Shown: positions 19,499 through 28,187, numbered from the stretch's first letter. The stretch is DNA of 64,000 nucleotides from Candidatus Sericytochromatia bacterium (GCA_036676985.1 JAKFBU010000076.1:102032-166031), one strand, 5' to 3'. A program made the numbers and translations. The notes: generated by a model from the sequence alone, not told the origin.

Positions 19499-20761
19499 TT
19501 AACGACGCAGGACCTGGACCAGCATGAGGACGACGGTGAAGGCGCCGACGGAGGCGATCGCCCCTCCGACCTGCACGCCCGGTCCCCAGCCGGCGACGAG
19601 GGAAACGGCGAGGGCGACGAGCCCCGCGTGGAACGCCCAGCAACCGGTCCGGCCGAGCCGCTCGTCGTAGAGGTCCTTGACGAGCGGCACCTTCTTCTTG
19701 CCGACCAGGGTGCTGTAGCGGTGATACCAGCCGAGGAACGGCATGATCTTGTAGAACCAGCCCAGGATGGACAGCGTGATCCAGCCGCCGAGGGCACTCG
19801 CGCCGTAGAGCGCCATGAGGCGCGGGGCCGGCACGCCGGGCACGGGGACTCCCCAGGCCAGGAGGAGCCCCGCCACGCAGGCCACGGCGAGGTAGGCGAG
19901 CGAGCCGTACGAGATGATGAGCCCCACGTCCAGCTGCCGGCGGGTGCGGCCCTGGTACATGCGCCAGACGTCGTGCATCCACAGGAAGCTCGCGAGGGCC
20001 ATGAGCGTGGCGCCGAGCTGCACGGGCCATGCGAGCTGCGCGAGGCTGCCCCCGGCGACCCCGAGCACGCCCACGGTGCCAAGACCCAGCACGGGCCAGG
20101 CGAAGCGGTCGACGAGGTGGGTGACGGCGAACATGGGCACCAGCTGGTAGGAGAGCCCGAAGATGAGCAGGCTCGCCGAGCCGAAGGCCGCGAGGTGCGC
20201 ATGGGCCACGAGCGCGTTGGCGAGCGGCACGGCCCCCTCGGGGGCGGCGTAGCCCAGGACCCGCAGGCCGCCCACGGCGCCTGCGGCGACCAGCATGGCG
20301 AGCGAGACGGCCATGTAGGCGCCGACCCGGTTCCAGGTGGCGCGGGTCATGGAGATCGCGATGTTGACGAGGAAGGCCAGGACGGAGAGGAGCACCAGGG
20401 CGCCCCCGATGCCGAGGATCCGGGTCTGCCAGGTCCAGAAGCCCACGACCATGCCGAGCGTGCCCGCCAGGTACGTGCCGAAGGTCGCCTTGCCGAGCGG
20501 CTCGCTCCAGATGCGGGCCAACAGGACCACCGGCACCAGCTGGTAGCTCGCGCCCATGATCATGGAGAGGATGCCGCCCAGGGCGAGGAGGTGGGTGAGG
20601 GCGAGAAGGCGCGGGGTCCAGGTGGTCTGGACGAGCTCGCCGCCGAAGAGGGCCATGCCGAGGAGCGACAAGAAGACCGAGCCGACCCCGAGGATGAAGT
20701 AGCGGAGGGGCAGGGAGAAGGAGGGGCTGCGGTCCGTGGCGATCGCGCTCGGCATGCTCAT
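19499..20761 (-). CDS. Polytopic membrane protein with conserved His (heme-copper oxidase-like), function unknown
   Basis: THLLALGG..GASYQLVPV, AHAHLAAFG..LSYQLVPMF, YKIMPFLGWYHRY; internal three-fold repeat. Confidence 0.75.
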   Translation of the reverse strand: MSMPSAIATDRSPSFSLPLRYFILGVGSVFLSLLGMALFGGELVQTTWTPRLLALTHLLALGGILSMIMGASYQLVPVVLLARIWSEPLGKATFGTYLAGTLGMVVGFWTWQTRILGIGGALVLLSVLAFLVNIAISMTRATWNRVGAYMAVSLAMLVAAGAVGGLRVLGYAAPEGAVPLANALVAHAHLAAFGSASLLIFGLSYQLVPMFAVTHLVDRFAWPVLGLGTVGVLGVAGGSLAQLAWPVQLGATLMALASFLWMHDVWRMYQGRTRRQLDVGLIISYGSLAYLAVACVAGLLLAWGVPVPGVPAPRLMALYGASALGGWITLSILGWFYKIMPFLGWYHRYSTLVGKKKVPLVKDLYDERLGRTGCWAFHAGLVALAVSLVAGWGPGVQVGGAIASVGAFTVVLMLVQVLRR

Positions 20762-20763
20762 GG

Positions 20764-21303
20764 TCAGTGGCCTCGGCGGATGGTGATGCGGAAGTGGCCT
20801 TCGGGCAGCTGCTCGGTCCGGTGCTCGAGGCCAAGCTCCTCGAGCTTGGGGTAGAGGAGCATCGGCTGGCGCTCGTTGAGGGCCTCCAGGGCCTGTCCCG
20901 GGGCGAGCTGCTGGGCGATGGCGAGGATCCGCACCATGGGCTCGGGGGGCTCGAGGCCGCGGTTGTCGACCTCGACGAGCGTGGGGGTGACGACGATGTT
21001 CTGCCGGCGCAGGCCTTCCACGTCGCGCAGGTCGTAGAGGGGGGGCTCCTCGTCGTCCGCCGTCTGGGCGCTGCCGCCGAGCACCGCGCGCGCGTTGAGC
21101 TCATGCAGGAAGCGCTGGAGCTTGTCGTCGTCGAAGTGGTGCATCTTGGCGGCGCCCTGGATGGTCACCAGGTGGGCGAAGGTCCGGCGCATGAGGGGAT
21201 TCTTGAGCGGCTTGAAGCCGTAGGCGACGAAGACGTCCAGGGTCTGGGGATAGGCCTTCAACGCCTGATCGACCTTCATGCCCGGGGTGATGAGCGTTTG
21301 CAT
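20764..21303 (-). CDS. DUF1858 + DUF2249 domain protein
   Basis: KVDQALKAYPQTLDVFVAYGFKPLKNP (DUF1858-like); VDNRGLEPPEPMVRIL...PMLLYPKL (DUF2249/TusA-like). Confidence 0.8.
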   Translation of the reverse strand: MQTLITPGMKVDQALKAYPQTLDVFVAYGFKPLKNPLMRRTFAHLVTIQGAAKMHHFDDDKLQRFLHELNARAVLGGSAQTADDEEPPLYDLRDVEGLRRQNIVVTPTLVEVDNRGLEPPEPMVRILAIAQQLAPGQALEALNERQPMLLYPKLEELGLEHRTEQLPEGHFRITIRRGH

Positions 21304-21363
21304 CCGTCTCCTCCTCTGGTGCGTAGCGTTGGCCTCATGTTACGCCGCGGCGCCGGGGGGGAG

Positions 21364-21412
21364 TATGAGGGCCCTCATATTTCCCAAACTTGGCAGTATG
21401 AGCTAGCTCATG
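21364..21412. promoter_or_regulatory. Two Crp/Fnr-type boxes (TATGAG-GGCC-CTCATA and TATGAG-CTAG-CTCATG) for divergent promoters
   Basis: First box is a perfect palindrome with minus-strand -10 TAACAT (21342-21337); second has plus-strand -10 TAACCT at 21434. Confidence 0.8.
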
Positions 21413-21474
21413 GAAGCCGGTCGGAGCTTGGTTTAACCTGGTTACACAAATCGCCTCTTGAAAGGAGCTTTTCC

Positions 21475-21705
21475 GTGAGTGACCCCCTCATCCTCGACGT
21501 CCGCGTCATCCCGCCCGCCCAGAAGCACCCGACGATCTTCCAGACCTTCGACGCGCTGGAGTCCGGCCAGTCGTTCGTGCTCGTGAACGACCACGATCCG
21601 CGGCCGCTGCGCTACCAGTTCGAGTTCGAGCGTCCGAACGTCTACTCGTGGACGCCGCTCGAGGAAGGCCCCGTCGAGTGGCGGATCCAGATCGGCAAGC
21701 AATAA
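21475..21705 (+). CDS. DUF2249 domain protein
   Basis: GTG start after AAGGAG; LDVRVIPPAQKHPTIFQTFDAL..VNDHDPRPLRYQF..EEGPVEWRIQI. Confidence 0.88.
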   Translation: MSDPLILDVRVIPPAQKHPTIFQTFDALESGQSFVLVNDHDPRPLRYQFEFERPNVYSWTPLEEGPVEWRIQIGKQ

Positions 21706-21719
21706 CCCCGGCCCCTTTC

Positions 21720-21749
21720 GCCCGCTCGGACCTCCGAGCGGGCTTTTTG
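21720..21749 (+). terminator. Rho-independent terminator
   Basis: gcccgctcgg-acct-ccgagcgggc followed by TTTTT. Confidence 0.75.
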
Positions 21750-21803
21750 CATGGCGCGGGGGCATTGGTATCGCTGACGTCGGATGCCACCGAGTCGCGA
21801 CCC

Positions 21804-21974
21804 TGGACCCCCGCATTCGCGAGGGTGACGGGAGCGCCTACTCACGCATCGACGACGAGCCTTCTTTGGCGCCAAGGCGGCCTCTCGTGTCGAAGGCCCA
21901 TCACCGGGAAGTCCATCGAAGGCCCATCACCGGCAAGTCGGCCCTCCCGTCACCCTCGCGAATGCGGGGGTCCA
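21804..21974. repeat. 31-bp perfect inverted REP pair enclosing a 26-nt-period tandem repeat
   Basis: tggacccccgcattcgcgagggtgacgggag (21804-21834) and its reverse complement (21944-21974); internal tcgaaggcccatcaccggSaagtc twice. Confidence 0.75.
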
Positions 21975-22139
21975 TCGTAGGCTCTCCGGCCGTCTGGGTC
22001 GGCGTCGGCATGCAGAAACAGCAGCGGCGATTCCAGATTCTGATCTCAACTCACCTTAAAATCGCCAAAAATGCCATCCTTCATCGTGAGTTCTCAGTAT
22101 TTTTCCTCGGGGTCGGGAAACTACCGATCTTCTCCGCTT

Positions 22140-22155
22140 TATGAGAAAGCTCAAA
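22140..22155 (+). promoter_or_regulatory. Crp/Fnr-type box TATGAG-AAAG-CTCAAA with -10 TAGGTT at 22177
   Basis: Motif copy upstream of nirK at class II spacing. Confidence 0.75.
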
Positions 22156-22229
22156 GAAAACCTCCCTTGGCGGGCGTAGGTTGTGGACAACGAAAGGGTT
22201 TTGACCCGCACAAGAGAAAGAGGTCCCCC

Positions 22230-23300
22230 ATGTCCCGTCGCCTGTTCAACGTTGCCCTGCCCGCCCTCCTGATCGCGTCGGCCGTCGGCACCGCCGCCTA
22301 CGCCCTGGCCGGCACGGCGCCCTTCAAGATGGTCTACGGCGCCCCTGAGGCCAAGGTCACGAGCACCGCCTACACCGGCCCCTTCACCGAGGGCGGCGAC
22401 GTCGTCACCCAGACGCCCGTCCTCAAGGCCGTCCCCGCCGGCAAGACCCACCGCGTCCGCCTCGACCTGACGCACAAGCTGGTCGAGGTCGAGGACGGCG
22501 TCAAGATGGAGGGCTGGACCTTCGGCGACACCGTCCCGGGCCCCACCGTCCACGTGCGCCAGGGCGACAAGGTCATCTTCACCATGACCAACCGCTCCAG
22601 CGAGGCCACCAACGTCACCTACCCGATGCCCCACTCCATCGACTTCCACGCGGCCATGGTCAACCCGACCGACAAGTACCGCACCATCGGCCCCGGCCAG
22701 TCCATCGACTTCGAGTGGACCGCCAACTACCCGGGCGTCTTCATGTATCACTGCGGCACCCCGATGCTCCTGCACCACATGGTGATGGGCATGTACGGCG
22801 CGGTCATCGTGGACCCCACGGGCGGCTACCCCGACAAGGTGGACCGCGAGTACGTCCTGGTCCAGTCCGAGCTCTACACCAAGCCCAAGGACGCCAAGAA
22901 CCCCAAGGTCCTGACCACGGACATCGAGAAGGCCCTGAAGAAGCAGCCGACGCACGTCGTCTTCAACGGCAAGGTCGGCAAGCACGTGGCCGAGCCGCTC
23001 AAGGCCAAGCCCGGCGAGCGCGTCCGCCTGTACGTCCTCAACGTCGGCCCCACCGACACCTCGAGCTTCCACGTGGTCGGCACGCTCTTCGACAAGGTCT
23101 ACCTGGACGGCAACCCCCTGAACGTCCAGCGCGGCCTGCAGACGGTCCTGTTGGGCTCGTCCAACGGCGCGGTCGTCGAGTTCGTCATCCCCGAGGAGGG
23201 GCGCTACCCCTTCGTGGACCACGAATTCTCGGACGCGAGCCTGGGGGCCGTGGGCTTCATCGACGCCACCGAGCACGGCGGCCCCATCTCGGGCCACTAG
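22230..23300 (+). CDS. nirK: Copper-containing nitrite reductase (two-domain multicopper)
   Basis: PHSIDFHAA, YHCGTPMLLHHMVMGMYG (T1 Cu), SSFHVVG, YPFVDH; N-terminal export signal. Confidence 0.85.
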   Translation: MSRRLFNVALPALLIASAVGTAAYALAGTAPFKMVYGAPEAKVTSTAYTGPFTEGGDVVTQTPVLKAVPAGKTHRVRLDLTHKLVEVEDGVKMEGWTFGDTVPGPTVHVRQGDKVIFTMTNRSSEATNVTYPMPHSIDFHAAMVNPTDKYRTIGPGQSIDFEWTANYPGVFMYHCGTPMLLHHMVMGMYGAVIVDPTGGYPDKVDREYVLVQSELYTKPKDAKNPKVLTTDIEKALKKQPTHVVFNGKVGKHVAEPLKAKPGERVRLYVLNVGPTDTSSFHVVGTLFDKVYLDGNPLNVQRGLQTVLLGSSNGAVVEFVIPEEGRYPFVDHEFSDASLGAVGFIDATEHGGPISGH

Positions 23301-23335
23301 TCACCGCCTGGAACGATTTCGAAAGGGGTAACACC

Positions 23336-23551
23336 ATGCGCTTCCTGATTCCCGCGGCCCTGCTCGCCGCCGTCCTCGTCCCCTCGGTCGCCGACGCCTG
23401 CACGCGCTGCATCTACCACGGCGAGGCCCGCGAGAACGCCGCCTGGCAGGTGATCCTGGCCAAGCCGGAGGCCAAGGTCGCCAAGACCGTACCGGCCAAA
23501 CCCGTGCCGGTCCCCACACCGACGCCCACTCCCCGGCCACGCGCCAAGTAA
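23336..23551 (+). CDS. Small secreted protein with CxxCxxH motif and Pro/Thr-rich tail
   Basis: MRFLIPAALLAAVLVPSVADA signal followed by CTRCIYH; AGGGG RBS. Confidence 0.55.
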   Translation: MRFLIPAALLAAVLVPSVADACTRCIYHGEARENAAWQVILAKPEAKVAKTVPAKPVPVPTPTPTPRPRAK

Positions 23552-23662
23552 CGATGCGAGCCCCCGCGGATGACCTCCGTGGGGGCTCGCTCCATGCGGG
23601 CGTGGTAGCCGAGCGCCGGAAGCGGTAAGATGGAGCGGGTGCGAACGGCACCGGGAGGTATC

Positions 23663-24373
23663 ATGGCGGTCCTGACTCCGACCCCCGCCGATCTGCGGCA
23701 GCTGGAGTTCTTCAACAGCCTCGCCGAGAGCGAGCTCGAAAGCCTGGCGCAGCGCGCGCGCCTCATCCGCCTCGACGGCGGTCAGGCGCTCTTTCACGAG
23801 GGCGAGCCCCTCGAGGCGGCCCTGCGCTTCGTCTACTCGGGCGGCATCCAGATCCGCAAGACGGCTGCGAGCGGCAAGGAGACGGTCCTGCGCCTCATCC
23901 GCCGGGGCGAGCTGTTCGGGGTCGCGGCGTCCTTCGATCGCAAGGTCGCCCCGGGCTCGGCGATCGCCAGCGAGCCCACCCAGGTGCTCGAGATCCCCAT
24001 GCACGACCTGATCGCCCACCTCTCGACCACGCCCGAGATCGCCCTCAAGCTCCTCATCACCTTCGCCCAGCGCCTGCGCGAGTCCCAGGACACGCTGCAC
24101 ATGGTCATCTCCGGTCGTGCCAAGACGCGCCTCGCGCGCCTCATCCTCACGACCATGGACCAGGACGGCGCGGTGTCGGGCCCGGACGGCTACCACCTCA
24201 AGACCAAGCTGCCCCATGCGACCATGTCGCGCATGGTGGGCATCACCTACGAGGAGTGCGTCCGGCTCATCCGGGACTGGTCCCATGACCCGGCGATCCT
24301 GCACTACGAGCGCGGCGGCGTCATCACCGTGCACGACCGCGCCGCCCTGGAGCGGCAGGCCCAGGACGAGTGA
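23663..24373 (+). CDS. Crp/Fnr family transcriptional regulator (DNR-like, no Fe-S Cys cluster)
   Basis: LFHEGE, GELFG cNMP-fold motifs; HTH GITYEECVRL; GGAGG RBS. Confidence 0.9.
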   Translation: MAVLTPTPADLRQLEFFNSLAESELESLAQRARLIRLDGGQALFHEGEPLEAALRFVYSGGIQIRKTAASGKETVLRLIRRGELFGVAASFDRKVAPGSAIASEPTQVLEIPMHDLIAHLSTTPEIALKLLITFAQRLRESQDTLHMVISGRAKTRLARLILTTMDQDGAVSGPDGYHLKTKLPHATMSRMVGITYEECVRLIRDWSHDPAILHYERGGVITVHDRAALERQAQDE

Positions 24374-24499
24374 GATCCGTAGCCGGAACGTAGGCAAAAA
24401 ACCCGCATCTCCAGTGCCGGAGCGGGGGTGGGGTAGTTTTCCCGGATGATCCCGCAGGCCCTTCCTGAGACAATAAGAAATGTAAGGAGGGAATGCGCC

Positions 24500-24985
24500 A
24501 TGAAAATGTTGCTTGCCACTGACGGTTCCGCGTACTCGCGCCTGGCTCTCGAAAAGGCGGTCGATCTCGCGACGGTGACCGGCTCGGAGGTTCTCGTCCT
24601 GGTCGTCTCGCAGCTGGTCAACCTGGGGTCGGTCGGCCCCATGGTCTATGCCCCCGAGAGCGGCTTCGAGGTCCCCACCAAGGAGGAGAGCGAGGCGATC
24701 CTGCAGGAGGCCTCCGAATTCCTGGCGGCCCGCAACATCCCCCACCGCACCACCCGCCGCATCGGCCAGCCGGCTGAAGCCATCCTGAGCGTGGCCGAGG
24801 ACGAGCATGTGGACCTCATCGTGATGGGCTCCCATGGTCGCACCGGTCTGCAGCGCTTCTTGCTGGGCAGCGTCTCCAACCAGGTCGTGAGTCACTCCCC
24901 GGTGTCGGTCCTGGTCGCCCGTGGCCCGAAGTCGGAGACGGGCACGGCCGAAGAGCCGACCGTGCAAAAAGCGGTTAAGATTTAG
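24500..24985 (+). CDS. Universal stress protein (UspA family)
   Basis: LLATDGS, GQPAEAIL, DLIVMGSHGRTGLQRFLLGSVS. Confidence 0.93.
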   Translation: MKMLLATDGSAYSRLALEKAVDLATVTGSEVLVLVVSQLVNLGSVGPMVYAPESGFEVPTKEESEAILQEASEFLAARNIPHRTTRRIGQPAEAILSVAEDEHVDLIVMGSHGRTGLQRFLLGSVSNQVVSHSPVSVLVARGPKSETGTAEEPTVQKAVKI

Positions 24986-24995
24986 GGGGAATGCC

Positions 24996-25748
24996 ATGTG
25001 CGGCTCCATAGCGGCGAACGGAAAGCTCCTCATGCCCGATACCGATGAACTCTGTCCGGACCCCACGTGCGATCACCGTCGCACGCTGGAGGATCGTCGG
25101 CGCCAGCTCCTGAAGCGGCTCATCGCCCTCCAGGAGGAGGAGCGGCGCCAGGTGGCCCGTGAGCTCCACGAGGGCGCGGGGCAGATGCTGACGTCCTTGT
25201 TGTTCGGCCTGAAGATGCTCGACGGGGCGACGAGCCTCGAGGAGGTCAAGCGCTTCTTGCCCGACCTCAAGACGCAGACCTGGGAGGCGCTGGAGACCAT
25301 GCGCCAGATCTCGGTGAACCTGCGCCCGCCCCTCCTGGAGGATCTGGGGCTCCCCTCGACCGTGCGGTCGTACGCGCGCGACTTCGCGGCGCGCCACCAG
25401 ATGGACGTCTTCTTCTCGCTGCATGGCGAGGATCGCCGGCTCGATCCCATGACCGAGGTGACGGTCTTCCGCATCGTCCAGGAGGCGCTCGTCAACGCGG
25501 GCAAGTACTCGCAGGCGACCCAGGTGGCGTTGTCCATGACGTTTACAAGCGATCAGCTTCAGGTCAAAATTGAGGACAACGGGGTTGGTATGGACACCGC
25601 CCACCTCACCCGCGCGGGCAGCGCGGTCGGGATCATCGGCATGCAGGAGCGGGCCGACTTCGTGGGGGGCACCTGTACCATCGAGTCGACGCCGGGCCGG
25701 GGGGTCAACGTGACCCTGTCGGTGCCGCTCGCCGAGGAGTCCCACTAG
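24996..25748 (+). CDS. Soluble HisKA_3 sensor histidine kinase with a short Cys-rich N-terminus
   Basis: QEEERRQVARELHEGAGQ H-box; FRIVQEALVNAGKY; IEDNGVG; no TM segment. Confidence 0.88.
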   Translation: MCGSIAANGKLLMPDTDELCPDPTCDHRRTLEDRRRQLLKRLIALQEEERRQVARELHEGAGQMLTSLLFGLKMLDGATSLEEVKRFLPDLKTQTWEALETMRQISVNLRPPLLEDLGLPSTVRSYARDFAARHQMDVFFSLHGEDRRLDPMTEVTVFRIVQEALVNAGKYSQATQVALSMTFTSDQLQVKIEDNGVGMDTAHLTRAGSAVGIIGMQERADFVGGTCTIESTPGRGVNVTLSVPLAEESH

Positions 25749-25769
25749 GAAGGAACAAGTAGCCAATCC

Positions 25770-26435
25770 ATGTCGTACGAATTCACCGAGCCGGTCCGGA
25801 TCATGCTGGCGGATGACCATGCCATCCTCCGGACCGGCCTTCGCCTGATGCTCTCGAGCGTTCCCAACCTCGAGGTGGTGGGCGAGGCCACCAATGGCAA
25901 GGAGGCCCTCGAGAAGGCCGAGGAGTTGCACCCGGACCTGGTGGTCATGGACATCACGATGCCCGAGATGAACGGCATCGAGGCGGCCAACGAGCTGAAG
26001 CGCCGTCACCCGCGGACCAAGATCCTGATGCTGACGATGCACGAGAACGAGGAGCTGCTGTTCCGGACGATCCAGGCGGGGGCGTCGGGCTACGTGCTCA
26101 AGAAGTCGGCGGACAACGAGCTCTTGGACGCCATTCACCAGGTGATGCGCGGCGAGACCTTCTTGCGGCCGGACATGGCCAAGCAGGTCATGCAGGACTA
26201 CCTGGACCGGGTGGACACGGGCGAGGAGACGCAGTCCTACGAGGATCTGACGGATCGCGAGCGCGAGGTGCTGCGGTACCTGGCGGAGGGGATGACCAAC
26301 AAGCAGGTCGCCGAGAAGCTGGTCCTGAGCATCCGGACGGTCGAGACGCACCGCATGCGCATCATGGACAAGCTGGGCCTCAAGGGCCGGGCGGCGCTGG
26401 TGACGTACGCCAAGCGGCACGGGATCGTGCTCTAG
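25770..26435 (+). CDS. NarL/NreC-family response regulator
   Basis: LADDH, VMDITMP, GASGYVLK; LTDREREVL..TVETHR LuxR HTH. Confidence 0.93.
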   Translation: MSYEFTEPVRIMLADDHAILRTGLRLMLSSVPNLEVVGEATNGKEALEKAEELHPDLVVMDITMPEMNGIEAANELKRRHPRTKILMLTMHENEELLFRTIQAGASGYVLKKSADNELLDAIHQVMRGETFLRPDMAKQVMQDYLDRVDTGEETQSYEDLTDREREVLRYLAEGMTNKQVAEKLVLSIRTVETHRMRIMDKLGLKGRAALVTYAKRHGIVL

Positions 26436-26451
26436 TCCTTCTTTGGTCTCG

Positions 26452-26479
26452 GCCCCACTCCTTGCGAGTGGGGCTTTTT
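26452..26479 (+). terminator. Rho-independent terminator
   Basis: gccccactc-cttgc-gagtggggc followed by TTTTT. Confidence 0.75.
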
Positions 26480-26520
26480 CGTGGGTATGATCGCCTGGTC
26501 GACTACTTTGCGAGGGATCC

Positions 26521-27081
26521 ATGCGTCATCTGCTCCGCGGCCTGCTGCTCGTCGCCTGGCTGATCCTGCCCGCGCAGGCCCGCCCCGTGACCCTGAACGA
26601 CCAGTTGAAGGCGGTCAAGCAGGCGAGCGTGGTCCTGGTCGACCTGCCGGAGGACGGGGGGCGCGATCGCGCCCTGGCCTACATCCGGGAGATGCAGGGC
26701 TACCTCTTCGAGCGCTTGGAGTTCGTGGACGTGCGCCTTACGCCGCGTGAGGACTGGGAGCCTCGGCTGGAGAAGGGGTTCGTGCTCTATGGCACGTTCG
26801 CGTCCGGGTCGGTGACGAGCGAGGTCCTGGCGCACACCTACGGGGGGATGACCTATGCGCCGGGGCGGCTGGAGACGCCCGTGTTTCGGGGCGAGGCTCC
26901 GGAGCTGAGGCTCATCACGGTGGGGCGCAATCCCTTCGGCAAGGGGCCGGTGGTCGTCTTTGCGGCCGAGCGGACGGAGATGCTCGTGGGGATCAACGAT
27001 GCGTACCACGGGCCCCAGGGGTACCACCTGTTCACGCGGAACAAGATCTTGCGCGAGGGAAGCCTCCGCGAGGGTCGGTGA
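26521..27081 (+). CDS. Hypothetical secreted protein
   Basis: Signal peptide ending AQA; GC3-biased codon usage. Confidence 0.6.
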   Translation: MRHLLRGLLLVAWLILPAQARPVTLNDQLKAVKQASVVLVDLPEDGGRDRALAYIREMQGYLFERLEFVDVRLTPREDWEPRLEKGFVLYGTFASGSVTSEVLAHTYGGMTYAPGRLETPVFRGEAPELRLITVGRNPFGKGPVVVFAAERTEMLVGINDAYHGPQGYHLFTRNKILREGSLREGR

Positions 27082-27105
27082 CGGTCGGGAGTGCTTGCTC
27101 GTTTG

Positions 27106-27253
27106 ACCCCCCCTTCCCCCCCTGCTTCGCAAGGGGGGCACAGGGACTGGACCCGGCGGAGCCGGGCCTGATTGGTTGAGGCTCACTCACTTTCAAACCT
27201 GCACAGCAGGACTCCCTAGGCCCCCCTTGCGAAGCAGGGGGGGAAGGGGGGGT
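27106..27253. repeat. 34-bp perfect inverted repeat element (G/C-tract palindrome family)
   Basis: acccccccttccccccctgcttcgcaaggggggc (27106-27139) and its reverse complement (27220-27253), between convergent genes. Confidence 0.75.
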
Positions 27254-27279
27254 AATTTGAGTAGCGATCCCACTAGCAG

Positions 27280-28008
27280 CTAACTCAACTGGTGTATCCG
27301 CAACCCCTGCGCCCGCATCTTCTTGGCGATCGTGTTGAACAGCTTCGCCCGGCTCTGCAGCTCGCTCTCGATCCAGCGCGAGCGCGCCAGCGTCCCCCAC
27401 GCGTAGCCCAGCTGCTCCTGCTCCGGGTTGATGGCGCACCCCCACGCCTCGGCCGCCAGGCCGATGAGCGTACATGCGAGCCCCCGCTCGCCGTGGCACG
27501 CCTCGTCCAGCGCCCCTGCCAGCCGCTCCTCGGGCAACTCCGGCCCCGAAAACCCGAAGGCCAGCGGATCCAGCACGCGCATCCCCGCGTCGAAGAGGCT
27601 CGTCTCCCCGGGATCTCGGGCCAGGAGCGCCGACGTGAGCCGGGCGCGCGTCTCGCGCGCGAGCGGCGTGTCCACCAAAGCGGACGTGAACAGCCCATGC
27701 AGCGCCCTGAGCGACGGGTTCGCCGCCGCGACGAAGCGCGTCACCCGGGCGAGGGAGGGCGGCGAGCTGGTCTCCGCCTTGCGCAGGTCCTCGTAGATCT
27801 GGTGCAGCAGCTCGAAGGCCCTCAGGTAGGCCTCCCGCAGCCGCTGGAGCTCGGGAGCGAGGGCCTTCGACGGGTGCTCTTCGACCGGTTGCAAGGCGTG
27901 ACCGCGTGCCACCGCCTCCACCTCGTGGGAGAAGTGGATGGGCGGCGTGGGCATGGCCCGGATGGCTTGCGTGAGCTGTCGGAACAGCCCGGTCGGCACG
28001 ATCTCCAT
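27280..28008 (-). CDS. Hypothetical helical protein
   Basis: 242-aa ORF with natural composition; no recognisable motif. Confidence 0.5.
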   Translation of the reverse strand: MEIVPTGLFRQLTQAIRAMPTPPIHFSHEVEAVARGHALQPVEEHPSKALAPELQRLREAYLRAFELLHQIYEDLRKAETSSPPSLARVTRFVAAANPSLRALHGLFTSALVDTPLARETRARLTSALLARDPGETSLFDAGMRVLDPLAFGFSGPELPEERLAGALDEACHGERGLACTLIGLAAEAWGCAINPEQEQLGYAWGTLARSRWIESELQSRAKLFNTIAKKMRAQGLRIHQLS

Positions 28009-28118
28009 GGGGATCTTGTACCCGGTAGGGGCCAGTTCCGGCGCGTCATCGCCGCGAAGGCCCCTGCTCCCGGGGCTCCTCCCAGCATAGGAGGACGCCC
28101 AGGGCCTCCAACACCACT

Positions 28119-28151
28119 GCCCCCCCTAGCAGGGGGGGATGGGGGGGTAGA
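28119..28151. repeat. Dispersed repeat CCCCCCCTAGCAGGGGGGGATGGGGGGGTAGA
   Basis: Near-identical copy at 35878-35910. Confidence 0.75.
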
Positions 28152-28187
28152 TCCGTCGGGACTCCGGTCGCCAACTCCCCCGGCCGA

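Noticed and set aside
21890-21939. Tandem 24-nt repeats as a possible mini-CRISPR
   Set aside because: Only two units, 2 nt apart, with no spacers and no cas genes
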